A DNA stretch of 64,000 bases, from positions 24,099 to 88,098 of the forward strand of contig JAZKFS010000001.1 in NCBI GenBank assembly GCA_040386315.1, given 5' to 3'. The notes under the pieces were generated by a model, which was given only the letters and a program-made list of their open reading frames with translations, had not been told where the DNA came from and ran no database searches. A program made the translations under genes and the position numbers. Below are positions 39,233 to 48,510 of this stretch, piece by piece (the stretch's first letter is position 1; each line of letters begins with the position of its first letter). Origin of the DNA: Bacteroidota bacterium. GTDB lineage: Bacteria > Bacteroidota > Ignavibacteria > Kapaibacteriales > DASPKH01.

Positions 39233-42200
39233 CTATATATCTAAATATGTTGCCGTGCGCAGGGACTTTTTTCCCTGTGAAAAAACGCCTCCTGCGCCAG
39301 TTAAATCTGTGTTACTAGAAAATGCAAGTATTTCTCCAAGCGTATTCATTGCCGCTAATTTGGCTTTGTCTACATTTTTCAATTCAGGGAAGACTTCCTG
39401 TAAAGCAGAAAGAATCTCTACCCGTTTGATAGAGTCTATTCCCAATCCCGACTCAAGATCGGTCTCTAGATCCAGTATTTCTTTAGGATACCCAGTTTTT
39501 TCTGCAACTATCTCCAGCATAGTATCTTTCAAATCACCATGCGAAACAGTATTATCAGTCGCAACTGGAGCCCCACCCTGACTTGCCGGAGCATTACCTC
39601 TGGAGAATCTAAGTATTTCTCCAAGTGTATTCATGGCAGCTAATTTCGCTTTATCTACATTTTTTAAGTCAGGAAACACATCTTGCAAAGCAGAGAGAAT
39701 TTCCACTCTTTTTATAGAATCAATTCCTAAGCCGGATTCCAGATCGGTAGTTAGATCAAGAATTTCTTTTGGATAACCTGTTTTTTCCGCAACAATCTGC
39801 AACATGGTATCCTGGAAGTTCTCTGAAACTGCTTGTGTTGTAACCGGTGCGGGAACAGCCCGCTGACCTACTGAGTTTGTAGGTTGTGGTGAACTGCTTT
39901 TAGAGAAAGCAAGAATCTCAGCCAAAGTATTCATTGCTGCTAATTTAGCCTTATCAACACTTTTCAAAGCTGGAAACACATCTTGCAAAGCAGAGAGAAT
40001 TTCCACTCTTTTTATAGAATCTATCCCTAAGCCAGATTCCAGATCCATATTTAGATCAAGAATTTCTTTTGGGTAGCCTGTTTTATCAGCAACAATAGTT
40101 AATAAACTATCTTCGAAAACAATACCAGCGACAACAGCAGGTGCTTGTACTTGTGGTCCAACAACGTGAGGAGCAACAATAACTTCTTGTACAATTTGCG
40201 GTTTGGCTACCATTCTTTCTACTACTGGCTGTGGTTGAGATACAACTTGTTTCTCAGGAGCAGCTGGTAAATATTGGGGTGCTGACTGTTGGATTGTTGC
40301 ACCATTACCTGACAAGTTTCCTAAATGGTGAAACGCTACCTGAGATGTTTCTAAAAACATCCGGTGACTTTCTGCTAAAGTTTCCTGAAAACTTTTTTGT
40401 GCACTCAGTGTATTTTTCTGAATTTCCTGAAATGCACTTAACCATTGATTGTTTATTCCGCTCATTGTGCTTTTTTGTGATGTTGTTTGGATTAAATTTG
40501 TTCTGATCTCTGTTTTTTGAGGAGCAGATTCTTGGCTGGTTACTACTTGTTGTTGTTTCTGTTGCACCGGCACCGCGCTGTTTTGATTGTTAACAGTATT
40601 GACTATTTGCATTTCCGGCTGTGGGACTTCAACAACTTCTGGATTCGGTTTTGGAAGACTATTAAATCCTCCTACAGGTGGATAAGGTTTTCCGTAATTA
40701 GATCCGTTAATCTTTACTGTGGCAACAGATGGTTTCTTTTGTGCGATAACTTTTTTATTGTCATCGATACTTTTCCAGATTTCTTCGAAAGCAACAGGAA
40801 TACCTGTCACAGCAAGATGACCAATAGCTCCCCAGAAAGCATCTTTACTGTTCAACTTTTTACCACCATCCATAGAAATGGCCGTGTGTGGTTTATCTTT
40901 TAAAATATCTTTAACAAAGTTTCCTAATACTTTACCAGGACCAACTTCTAAAAATACTCTCACACCTTCTGCATACATTGCCTCAACCTGTTTCTCAAAC
41001 TGCACAGGTGCTGCCAGTTGATTGGCTAACACCTTGGCGTACTCTGCACTATTCCTAGGATAATGTGAGGCAGTGGTATTGGAGTACACTGGCATGCTCG
41101 CTGTACCAAAATTTATCTTTTTCAGGTAGGTTTCAAAGTCTACTGCACTACCTGCAACAAGGTCAGAATGAAATGCAGTTGACACATTCAAACGCATAAA
41201 GCGTATTCCGGCCTGTTCAATTTCTTTCTCAATTTCTACTATAGCATCAAAAGTTCCTGTAATAACGGTTTGAAGAGGGCTATTCAAATTTGCGATCACC
41301 ACTCTGGTTTTTGCTTTCTTTAAAAATTCTGCAACCACTTTAGAAGAAGCAAGTACGGCTGTCATGGCACCCTTTTCTTTCGAAGCAGCTGCCATTAATT
41401 CACCTCTTTTTCTGGAAATATTTATCAAATCTTCTTCATTGGTAATTATACCTGCAGCATAAAGTGCAGCCACTTCACCATAGCTATGACCTCCTACTAC
41501 ACTTGGCACAACATGTAATTTATTCAATAAATTTAGATGCGACATCGCCAATGCTCCAATAGCAGGCTGGGCCCATTTCGTATCAACCAGTAAATCGGTT
41601 TGGGCTTGTATTTCTTCTTCCGAGAAAACAGGAATAGGATATACAACGTTATTCAACCGTTTGCTTGGATCGAGTTTCATAGACGAAACTTTATTCCATG
41701 GACTTAAGGCTGCGTCATATTGCATCAATAGATCAGCACCCATATTTACATATTGACTTCCTTGTCCGGAGAAAAGGAAAGCTACATTTCCATCAGGTTT
41801 CTCTTCAGAATAAAAAACAGTGTTATTGATTTCTACTTTAGAAACTTTTTTTGCAAGTTCAGAAATGACATGTTCGCTCCATTTTAATATTTCAGCCATA
41901 TTTTCACCATAAATGGCAAGCCTTACAGTGTCCTGTGAATTAAATGCAGCTTGTGTAGATTTAGCTAATTGCACTAAATCCTGGGTCGTTCCGCCACTTT
42001 TTAAATGCGTAAGTGCACTAATTATTTCTGCCTGATTTTTTCCTGAGTATAAAAGTAATTCGCGGCTAACATTGTAAACTTTATCTGGTCGATTCGCTTT
42101 TTTATCATACTCTTCCATTACGACATGGAAGTTAGTTCCACCAAAACCCATGGAGCTAACTCCTGCTTTACGTGAAGTAGTTTCATCATGGATCCATGGC

Positions 42201-43501
42201 CTGGCTTTAGTATTCAGGTAAAAAGGACTGTCTTCTATATGTAGTTTTGGATTGGGTTTTTCAACTTTTATGGTTGGAGGTAAAATTGAATTGTTAAGAG
42301 CCATGGCCACTTTCAAAATACTGACAGCCCCAGCAGCAGATTTGGTATGTCCAATCATAGACTTAACAGAACCTAAGGCACAATACTGATTTCTTTCAGT
42401 AGCACCATATCCTAATTTCAATCCACTGAACTCTGCATAATCCCCGGCCATTGTTCCGGTTCCATGTCCTTCTACCAAATCAATCTGATTAGGAGTAAAA
42501 CCTGCATCTTCATATGCTCTTTTTATCGCTATTGATTGACCGTTAGAATCCGGGGCATAAATACTTCCTGATTTTCCATCAGAAGAACTTCCGATAGAAG
42601 CAATCACAGCATAAATTCTGTCGCCATCTCTTTCAGCATCTTCCAATCTTTTCATTGTCATCATGGCTATAGCTTCACCGAGGACAGTTCCATCTCCGGT
42701 ATCAGAAAAAGGTCTGCAATCTTCTGTTGGAGAAAGCGCCGTTGTTTTGCTGAAACACATATACATGAAGATATCATTCAAGGCATCCGATCCACCGGTA
42801 ATTACCATGTCTGTTGTTTCAAGTTGCAACTCTTGTACAGCCATTTTAACGGCTGCTAAACTACTAGCACATGCTGCATCAAGTACACAATTGGTTCCTT
42901 TTAAATCGAACCTGTTTGCTATTCTTCCGGATACTACGTTTCCTAATAATCCAGGAAAAGTATTTTCATTCCATTTCGTATAGCTGGTATCTAAATCTTC
43001 TGTAATGGCTTTTATTTTACTTTCCGGGAGGCCCTGTTTACGCATAGCAGAAACCCATTCAGGCTTATGTATCTTGGCAGACATCTGGCCAATTAACTCG
43101 GTGCCCCCTGCTACTCCAAGAATAACACTGATCTTGTTTTTATCAACTTTACCATCTTGATAACTAACTGTATCTGCCAGAGTATCTCTTGCAACCACTA
43201 GAGATAGTAATTGTACTGTATCAGTAGTACTTAAAAGATTTGGAGGCATGCCGTATTCTACGGGATCAAAAGAAACATCATCCAAAAAAGCTCCCTTCTT
43301 ACAATATACTTTATCCCCGGTTTTATTATTCGGATCATAATAATCCTCTGTGAGCCAGTGGGTATCCGGAACATCTTTTACCTGATCTTTCTCTGCAAGA
43401 ATATTTAACCAGAAATCCTTCGTATTAACTGCACCGGGAACTAATGTGCCGGTACCTACGATAGCAATTTTATGCTGTCCTTTTTGGTTTTTATGTTCCA
43501 T
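39233..43501 (-). CDS. PfaA-like PKS subunit: KS - AT - Pro/Gln-rich linker - three tandem ACP domains
   Basis: The KS domain has VLDAACASSL, EGHGTGT and GHTKSAAG. The AT domain has FLFSGQGSQY and GHSYGE. There are three ACP repeats, each with the phosphopantetheine site LESGLGIDSIKRVEIL. Confidence 0.9.
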   Translation of the reverse strand: MEHKNQKGQHKIAIVGTGTLVPGAVNTKDFWLNILAEKDQVKDVPDTHWLTEDYYDPNNKTGDKVYCKKGAFLDDVSFDPVEYGMPPNLLSTTDTVQLLSLVVARDTLADTVSYQDGKVDKNKISVILGVAGGTELIGQMSAKIHKPEWVSAMRKQGLPESKIKAITEDLDTSYTKWNENTFPGLLGNVVSGRIANRFDLKGTNCVLDAACASSLAAVKMAVQELQLETTDMVITGGSDALNDIFMYMCFSKTTALSPTEDCRPFSDTGDGTVLGEAIAMMTMKRLEDAERDGDRIYAVIASIGSSSDGKSGSIYAPDSNGQSIAIKRAYEDAGFTPNQIDLVEGHGTGTMAGDYAEFSGLKLGYGATERNQYCALGSVKSMIGHTKSAAGAVSILKVAMALNNSILPPTIKVEKPNPKLHIEDSPFYLNTKARPWIHDETTSRKAGVSSMGFGGTNFHVVMEEYDKKANRPDKVYNVSRELLLYSGKNQAEIISALTHLKSGGTTQDLVQLAKSTQAAFNSQDTVRLAIYGENMAEILKWSEHVISELAKKVSKVEINNTVFYSEEKPDGNVAFLFSGQGSQYVNMGADLLMQYDAALSPWNKVSSMKLDPSKRLNNVVYPIPVFSEEEIQAQTDLLVDTKWAQPAIGALAMSHLNLLNKLHVVPSVVGGHSYGEVAALYAAGIITNEEDLINISRKRGELMAAASKEKGAMTAVLASSKVVAEFLKKAKTRVVIANLNSPLQTVITGTFDAIVEIEKEIEQAGIRFMRLNVSTAFHSDLVAGSAVDFETYLKKINFGTASMPVYSNTTASHYPRNSAEYAKVLANQLAAPVQFEKQVEAMYAEGVRVFLEVGPGKVLGNFVKDILKDKPHTAISMDGGKKLNSKDAFWGAIGHLAVTGIPVAFEEIWKSIDDNKKVIAQKKPSVATVKINGSNYGKPYPPVGGFNSLPKPNPEVVEVPQPEMQIVNTVNNQNSAVPVQQKQQQVVTSQESAPQKTEIRTNLIQTTSQKSTMSGINNQWLSAFQEIQKNTLSAQKSFQETLAESHRMFLETSQVAFHHLGNLSGNGATIQQSAPQYLPAAPEKQVVSQPQPVVERMVAKPQIVQEVIVAPHVVGPQVQAPAVVAGIVFEDSLLTIVADKTGYPKEILDLNMDLESGLGIDSIKRVEILSALQDVFPALKSVDKAKLAAMNTLAEILAFSKSSSPQPTNSVGQRAVPAPVTTQAVSENFQDTMLQIVAEKTGYPKEILDLTTDLESGLGIDSIKRVEILSALQDVFPDLKNVDKAKLAAMNTLGEILRFSRGNAPASQGGAPVATDNTVSHGDLKDTMLEIVAEKTGYPKEILDLETDLESGLGIDSIKRVEILSALQEVFPELKNVDKAKLAAMNTLGEILAFSSNTDLTGAGGVFSQGKKSLRTATYLDI

Positions 43502-43502
43502 A

Positions 43503-45119
43503 TTAATTAAGTTTTAATTCAGTTGGTATATAAAAAAATGCTTCTTCCCCAATTGATACCCCATAGGTTTTTAACTGGTATGCTTTCGTTATAATTGCAG
43601 CCCCTTCTAATAGATTTAACGCTACTTGTTGCACTCTGCGGTTTTCAACTGATTCCAAGAATGTTCCTTTCACCCATTGATTGAACGCTCCCATTGCAGG
43701 ACCGCACCAGATCTGATAATCGAGTTGGCGTTCCTTGACTTCCTGCATTGGCCACTGACTTGACTTCCCTATGTACCATCTGAAAAGCAAGGCCATTTTA
43801 TGACGCGGATCCGTTGCCGCACGTTCTATTTGTGAAGGTTCTACTTCTCTGAAAAAGGCTTCAGTGTCTTCCCAAATTCTATTTATCGGAGATTTAAATA
43901 TTTCCCTTTCCAGTTTTACCTTTTCTTTTTCCGGCAGCTCTTCAATGGATTTATAATTGATATATAGATTATACAGGTAATTTCCTCGCTGAGGCATCAG
44001 TGTGCCGCGTTTCAATACCTGAACTTTTACGCCTTGCTCAAACATGTCTGCACAGGCTGTTAATGCAACATCTGCAAGCCCTGCTTCTCCCAGCATCTTC
44101 TTTCCGGCTTTCGACATGCCTGATTCAATACAGGATTGATGTACGGAACCTATGCAAACATAAGCAGCACCTAATGCATACGCAGAGGCCACTGCTGATG
44201 GTGTTCCAAGTCCTCCTGCAGCACCTACCCTTGGCCATGTTTCATATCCGAATTTTTCGCACAGGTTATTTCTTAATTGTAAGATCTCTGAAAATAAAGG
44301 CCCCAAGGGTCTTCCATCGGTATGTCCGCCTGAATCGGATTCTACTGTGATGTCTTCTGCTATGGGAAGATTTTTCGCTAAGGCGGCTTCTATGACAGAA
44401 AGTTTTCCTTCAGATACCAGACTTTCTAAGATCTCATAAGGAACAGGTGTTAAAAAGTGCATTGCAACTTCAGATCGTGAAATTTTTGCAAAGACATGGT
44501 TCATGCGGATCATACTTCCGTTAGTATCCTGTCTGAGGCCTTTAAAAGCGAAATGAACAATAGCAGGAGATAACCCCTTGAAAGCAGCTGTTTCTATTTT
44601 ATTTACTCCATTTCTTAGATAAAGATCAACGATAGCTTCTTCAAGTGCAGGCTCATTGGGTGTATGAATCAAGTTCATTCCCCATGATAGACCTTGAGGA
44701 TGCAACCGGTCTTTGAGAGTATTGATTTCTTTTTGTAAGCGTTCGAGCGATAATCCTGCTGATCCAAAAAATCCTAACATACCGCTTTCTGCCAATGCAA
44801 TTACCAGATCTGATGAACCTATTCCTCTGGCCAAAGCACCACCTACGTAAGAATAACGTACCCCATGCACCTGCTGAAAAGAACGGTCTCCAAGCCATTC
44901 GGGATAGATGGCAGGTAGAATGCCTATAAGCTGATAATCTGTAAGATGATTTTTGATTTCAGTACTTAACTCCCCATCAAAGCCTAAACCGTATTGTTGG
45001 GTGGCTTTGTTGAAAATAACGATATGTGCTTTTCTGATAATTCTTGCATGATGAACCATGCCGGAATAGTCAAAAATAGGCTCAGTTTCTTTGTTTCTCC
45101 AATAGCCAATAATTTGCAT
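43503..45119 (-). CDS. PfaD-family trans-acting enoyl reductase (NMO/FMN-dependent)
   Basis: It has the size (538 aa) and motifs of PfaD-type ERs (GMLGFFGSAG, GGHTDGRP, TIM-barrel FMN region). It lies immediately upstream of, and adjacent to, the PfaA-like gene. Confidence 0.8.
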   Translation of the reverse strand: MQIIGYWRNKETEPIFDYSGMVHHARIIRKAHIVIFNKATQQYGLGFDGELSTEIKNHLTDYQLIGILPAIYPEWLGDRSFQQVHGVRYSYVGGALARGIGSSDLVIALAESGMLGFFGSAGLSLERLQKEINTLKDRLHPQGLSWGMNLIHTPNEPALEEAIVDLYLRNGVNKIETAAFKGLSPAIVHFAFKGLRQDTNGSMIRMNHVFAKISRSEVAMHFLTPVPYEILESLVSEGKLSVIEAALAKNLPIAEDITVESDSGGHTDGRPLGPLFSEILQLRNNLCEKFGYETWPRVGAAGGLGTPSAVASAYALGAAYVCIGSVHQSCIESGMSKAGKKMLGEAGLADVALTACADMFEQGVKVQVLKRGTLMPQRGNYLYNLYINYKSIEELPEKEKVKLEREIFKSPINRIWEDTEAFFREVEPSQIERAATDPRHKMALLFRWYIGKSSQWPMQEVKERQLDYQIWCGPAMGAFNQWVKGTFLESVENRRVQQVALNLLEGAAIITKAYQLKTYGVSIGEEAFFYIPTELKLN

Positions 45120-45904
45120 AAAATATTATGTAATTAAGTATTCAGACTAAATTATTGTGAAAATTGTCGGCAATATGCTAGCAGACATCTGCAAGTGATA
45201 ATTTTACATGTGTAATACAACACGTTACGTGTAAAGCACTTGCAATTCTGATACGGGTACAAAAATATAGGAAGAATGAAAACTATAACTACTAAATAAC
45301 TACCAATAATTTTGCATCTAATTAGATACCAACGAGTTACGAAGATTTTAAAGCTATACAAGAAACTTTAAAATGTATTAGGGTAGAATGCTATATTCTT
45401 AGGTAATGTAGTTGATTCAACGAGTTACAACAACAAAAAACCTGTAAGCCGTTGATTTACGAGAGTTTAACTGGTGGGATTAGAGGGACATCTCGAACCG
45501 CATGTAAGACCGCACTGTAGCTTGCTTCAATTTTATAATTTTATTTTTGCCGTTCGTTTGCAGAATACCCAATTGAATCTACTACTTTAAATAATATTCC
45601 ATAACCATTCTTAAAAAAGTGAGGAATTTGCGCTGCTCTTTAGCCGGATTCCAGCCCTGGGAGAGATCCCTCCTCGCCCACTTTTTTATTCTTGCAAGAC
45701 AACTACTTGCAACGAAATTTTTCTCCATAAAAAAACTACAACATTAATTATTTTTGCAAAAACAACTGTGCCTGTTTATCATTTCTTTTATATAAAAATG
45801 AAGAAGTAAAAACTTTTAAAAACAGACATATTTTCTCGTATGGTAATTTGTTGTAGTTTTATAATCCAACTGTATATTGGTACATCCTTTATCACTTTTT
45901 TACG

Positions 45905-47614
45905 ATGGTTATGGCGCAATCTTCTCACGATAAAAAAGCTCAACAGGCGCGTTTACAATATATCAATAATTTTGCTGATACAAATCATTCGAGTGACCCG
46001 GCGGAGTGTATTCACCTGATGGCGGAAGCTGCTGAAATATATCGTGAGGAAGGGGAGTTCCATCTTCAAGCCCGGAGCTTGTGGCGGCAGGCATTCAGTA
46101 TGCGTGAGCTGCTACAGTTTGAGGAGATCGTGCCTGTCCTGGAATCCGCGTTTGAGATTTGCATTAAGCATGGTTTTAAAAGGGAATGTGCGAAGATCTG
46201 TGGTGAACTTGGCAGCATGTACCAGATCTTAGGAAATTTTACAAAGTCTAGAGAGAATATTCAGCGTTCACTTGATGGATATCGTGAATTAAACGATGTG
46301 GAGCGTCAAGTAATTACACTTTCTGATTTTGCAAACCTGAACGTCGCAGAGGGTAAATTCACCGAAGCATTACAGCATTGCAATGCTGCTTTCCTGATCT
46401 GTGAGGAAAATAGCATTGATCTACCCGGGCTCCTATGGGTCATTAAAGGTGTTATTTTTTCCAGCATTGGCGATGGACAAAGAGCGCTTGACGCTTATGT
46501 ACAATCATTGGAAATTACGCGGCAGGATCCTCTTTCAGAAATTACCGGCATGACGCTCTCCGCAATGGGCGAGCTCTACTGGCATAAAGGCGAGCCGGAA
46601 ATTGCGCTTGAATACATGAAGGAAGGCATTAAGGAGTATCGGCGAACAAAATGTCCCGATGAGGAAATGTGGCTGCTGTGTAATGTGGCGGGAGTGCTCA
46701 CGGAACTGAATCGAGTAGATGAAGCTGAGGAATATATAGCTAAGGCATCAAATATTTTAAAAGGCCGCGAAATTCCTGCTGCAATGCTGCCGGTGCTTAC
46801 TGCAAGCGCTAAGCTTCAACAGGCGAAGGGAAATCCCGATGAAGCACTCAGGATTTTACACGAAGCGCTCATGCTTTCGGAACAACTGAATGAGTTCAAC
46901 GCGCGTACCCGGATATTTCTGGAGAAGGGACGCCTTCACACAGGAAGTGAACAAGAGGGGTTTTTAAAAAATGCGCTTGCTATGAGCCAGATAAGCGGTC
47001 AGAAACAAATGAATTATAACATTCATTTTGCATTATACGAATATTATCAGAATCAGGGCGACAGCTTTCAGGCGTTAGAGCATTTTAAAACATATCAGCT
47101 TTTAAAAGATGAAATGCTTGCCGAGAAAACGCGCCTCCAGATGGATATTTTGAAAGTAGAAAATGAGATGCAGAAGATTATAAAAGAAGCCGAAGACAGT
47201 AAGATCAAACTAAAAGAACTCACATCTGACCTAATACAGCGAAATGAGGTATTGTCCGAGATCAGGAAACTAGCCCAACACGGACTTCAGCAAAAAGGCA
47301 TTATTCAAAAGAAAAGCTTGTCCTCAATAGTGCGAACTACTGAGGCCGGGGCCACTTCATTCTGGAAACAACTCGAAGAGCGTTCGGAGCTAATCGACAA
47401 ATCGTTGTCAGAAAAGGTTCTTGATCTGTGCCCGGATTTTACCTCTATCCAACTTCGCATCCTCACGCTTTTAAAAGCCCGTCTCTCCAATAAAGAAATT
47501 GCACAATTACTTTTCATAACAGAAAGAGCCGTCGAATACCACCGCACGGTGATCCGGAAGAAACTTCACCTGAGCACCACGACAAATATATCGGCATATC
47601 TCAGTACACTATAA
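45905..47614 (+). CDS. TPR-repeat + LuxR-type HTH transcriptional regulator
   Basis: It has an N-terminal TPR-like helical repeat region and a C-terminal GerE/LuxR HTH (LSNKEIAQLLFITERAVEYHRTVIRKKL). It is divergent from the pfa operon across a 780-bp AT-rich region. Confidence 0.75.
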   Translation: MVMAQSSHDKKAQQARLQYINNFADTNHSSDPAECIHLMAEAAEIYREEGEFHLQARSLWRQAFSMRELLQFEEIVPVLESAFEICIKHGFKRECAKICGELGSMYQILGNFTKSRENIQRSLDGYRELNDVERQVITLSDFANLNVAEGKFTEALQHCNAAFLICEENSIDLPGLLWVIKGVIFSSIGDGQRALDAYVQSLEITRQDPLSEITGMTLSAMGELYWHKGEPEIALEYMKEGIKEYRRTKCPDEEMWLLCNVAGVLTELNRVDEAEEYIAKASNILKGREIPAAMLPVLTASAKLQQAKGNPDEALRILHEALMLSEQLNEFNARTRIFLEKGRLHTGSEQEGFLKNALAMSQISGQKQMNYNIHFALYEYYQNQGDSFQALEHFKTYQLLKDEMLAEKTRLQMDILKVENEMQKIIKEAEDSKIKLKELTSDLIQRNEVLSEIRKLAQHGLQQKGIIQKKSLSSIVRTTEAGATSFWKQLEERSELIDKSLSEKVLDLCPDFTSIQLRILTLLKARLSNKEIAQLLFITERAVEYHRTVIRKKLHLSTTTNISAYLSTL

Positions 47615-48200
47615 ATATTTTTACGTAGTTTTTAAGATTGTTTTAAAATCTCACGAAACCATTGCTACTAAAGGACAGACCAATTTCTTGCTGGTCATTT
47701 AGTAGTGACATCTATTATCTTGCACCCATAAGAATTGCATGAGTATTATTCACACTGCGATTCACATCTTTATTAATTACGTAGAGGGTGTCGTAATGCA
47801 ACACACAAAAGGAATCGCCGAAACAACTCGTTTAAATTTTTCATATGTCCACGGTTCGTGAAAAATGCAAAAAAGTGAACACTTATAAAATTGACAACGC
47901 TTTATTATGTTATAACAGAACAGGGTAGATTAAACCGGATAAACAGAAAATAGATATTGTAATAATAAAATTGATAAAAGCCGTATGTATTCAGCGGTTA
48001 AAGGTAGCAAAAGACTGGTAAGTTAAAATTAACTGTTATAAGGGAACTTTCCAGTCGGTTCGAGCGCACATCTAGGCAACCTACTGAGTTAGAAATACCA
48101 AAAGCATTAATGAAAAAAAGTAATTTAATTCAAAATTTCCTTGGTCTAATTTTGGTCTAATAACTTTAAAAACCTATCAAATTTTCCAAATTTCGAGGCT

Positions 48201-48253
48201 TACCTTACTCCTACGAATCAGAAGGTTGTAAGTTCGAATCTCGCCGGGTGCAC
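48201..48253 (+). mobile_element. Direct repeat of the 3' 43 nt of tRNA-Arg(ACG) (att core; right boundary of the pfa insertion), preceded by TGGTCTAAT arm-type direct repeats
   Basis: ctacgaatcagaaggttgtaagttcgaatctcgccgggtgcac is identical to tRNA-Arg positions 32-74. Upstream are tggtctaattttggtctaata repeats (48138-48160). Downstream is a terminator hairpin (aaagcccttgaac..gttcaagggcttttt). Confidence 0.75.
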
Positions 48254-48510
48254 ACATCAAAAGCCCTTGAACACTAAAGTTCAAGGGCTTTTTACGTTTT
48301 AAAAATCTCCTTTTAGTTTTGTTTTAAAAACATTTGAAATTGGCAGGAATCGTATGCGTTTGGTGATTGCGCACTTCTTTTTTAACTTCGCTACACTAAA
48401 CGTATACTCTCTTATCAATACCTATTGTATCTAGCAATCCCCCTATTCACTTTAGTTTACGCTTTTAGTTTCAAAAATTACTTTCGCTATTTTATATCTG
48501 ACATGTCCCT

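Noticed and set aside
45120-45904. 69-aa ORF and tRNA-T-arm-like strings (e.g. GGGACATCTCGAACCGCATG) in the pfa promoter region
   Set aside because: They form no cloverleaf. The region is an AT-rich divergent promoter, and the ORF is low-complexity (…FILPIFLYPYQNCKC…).
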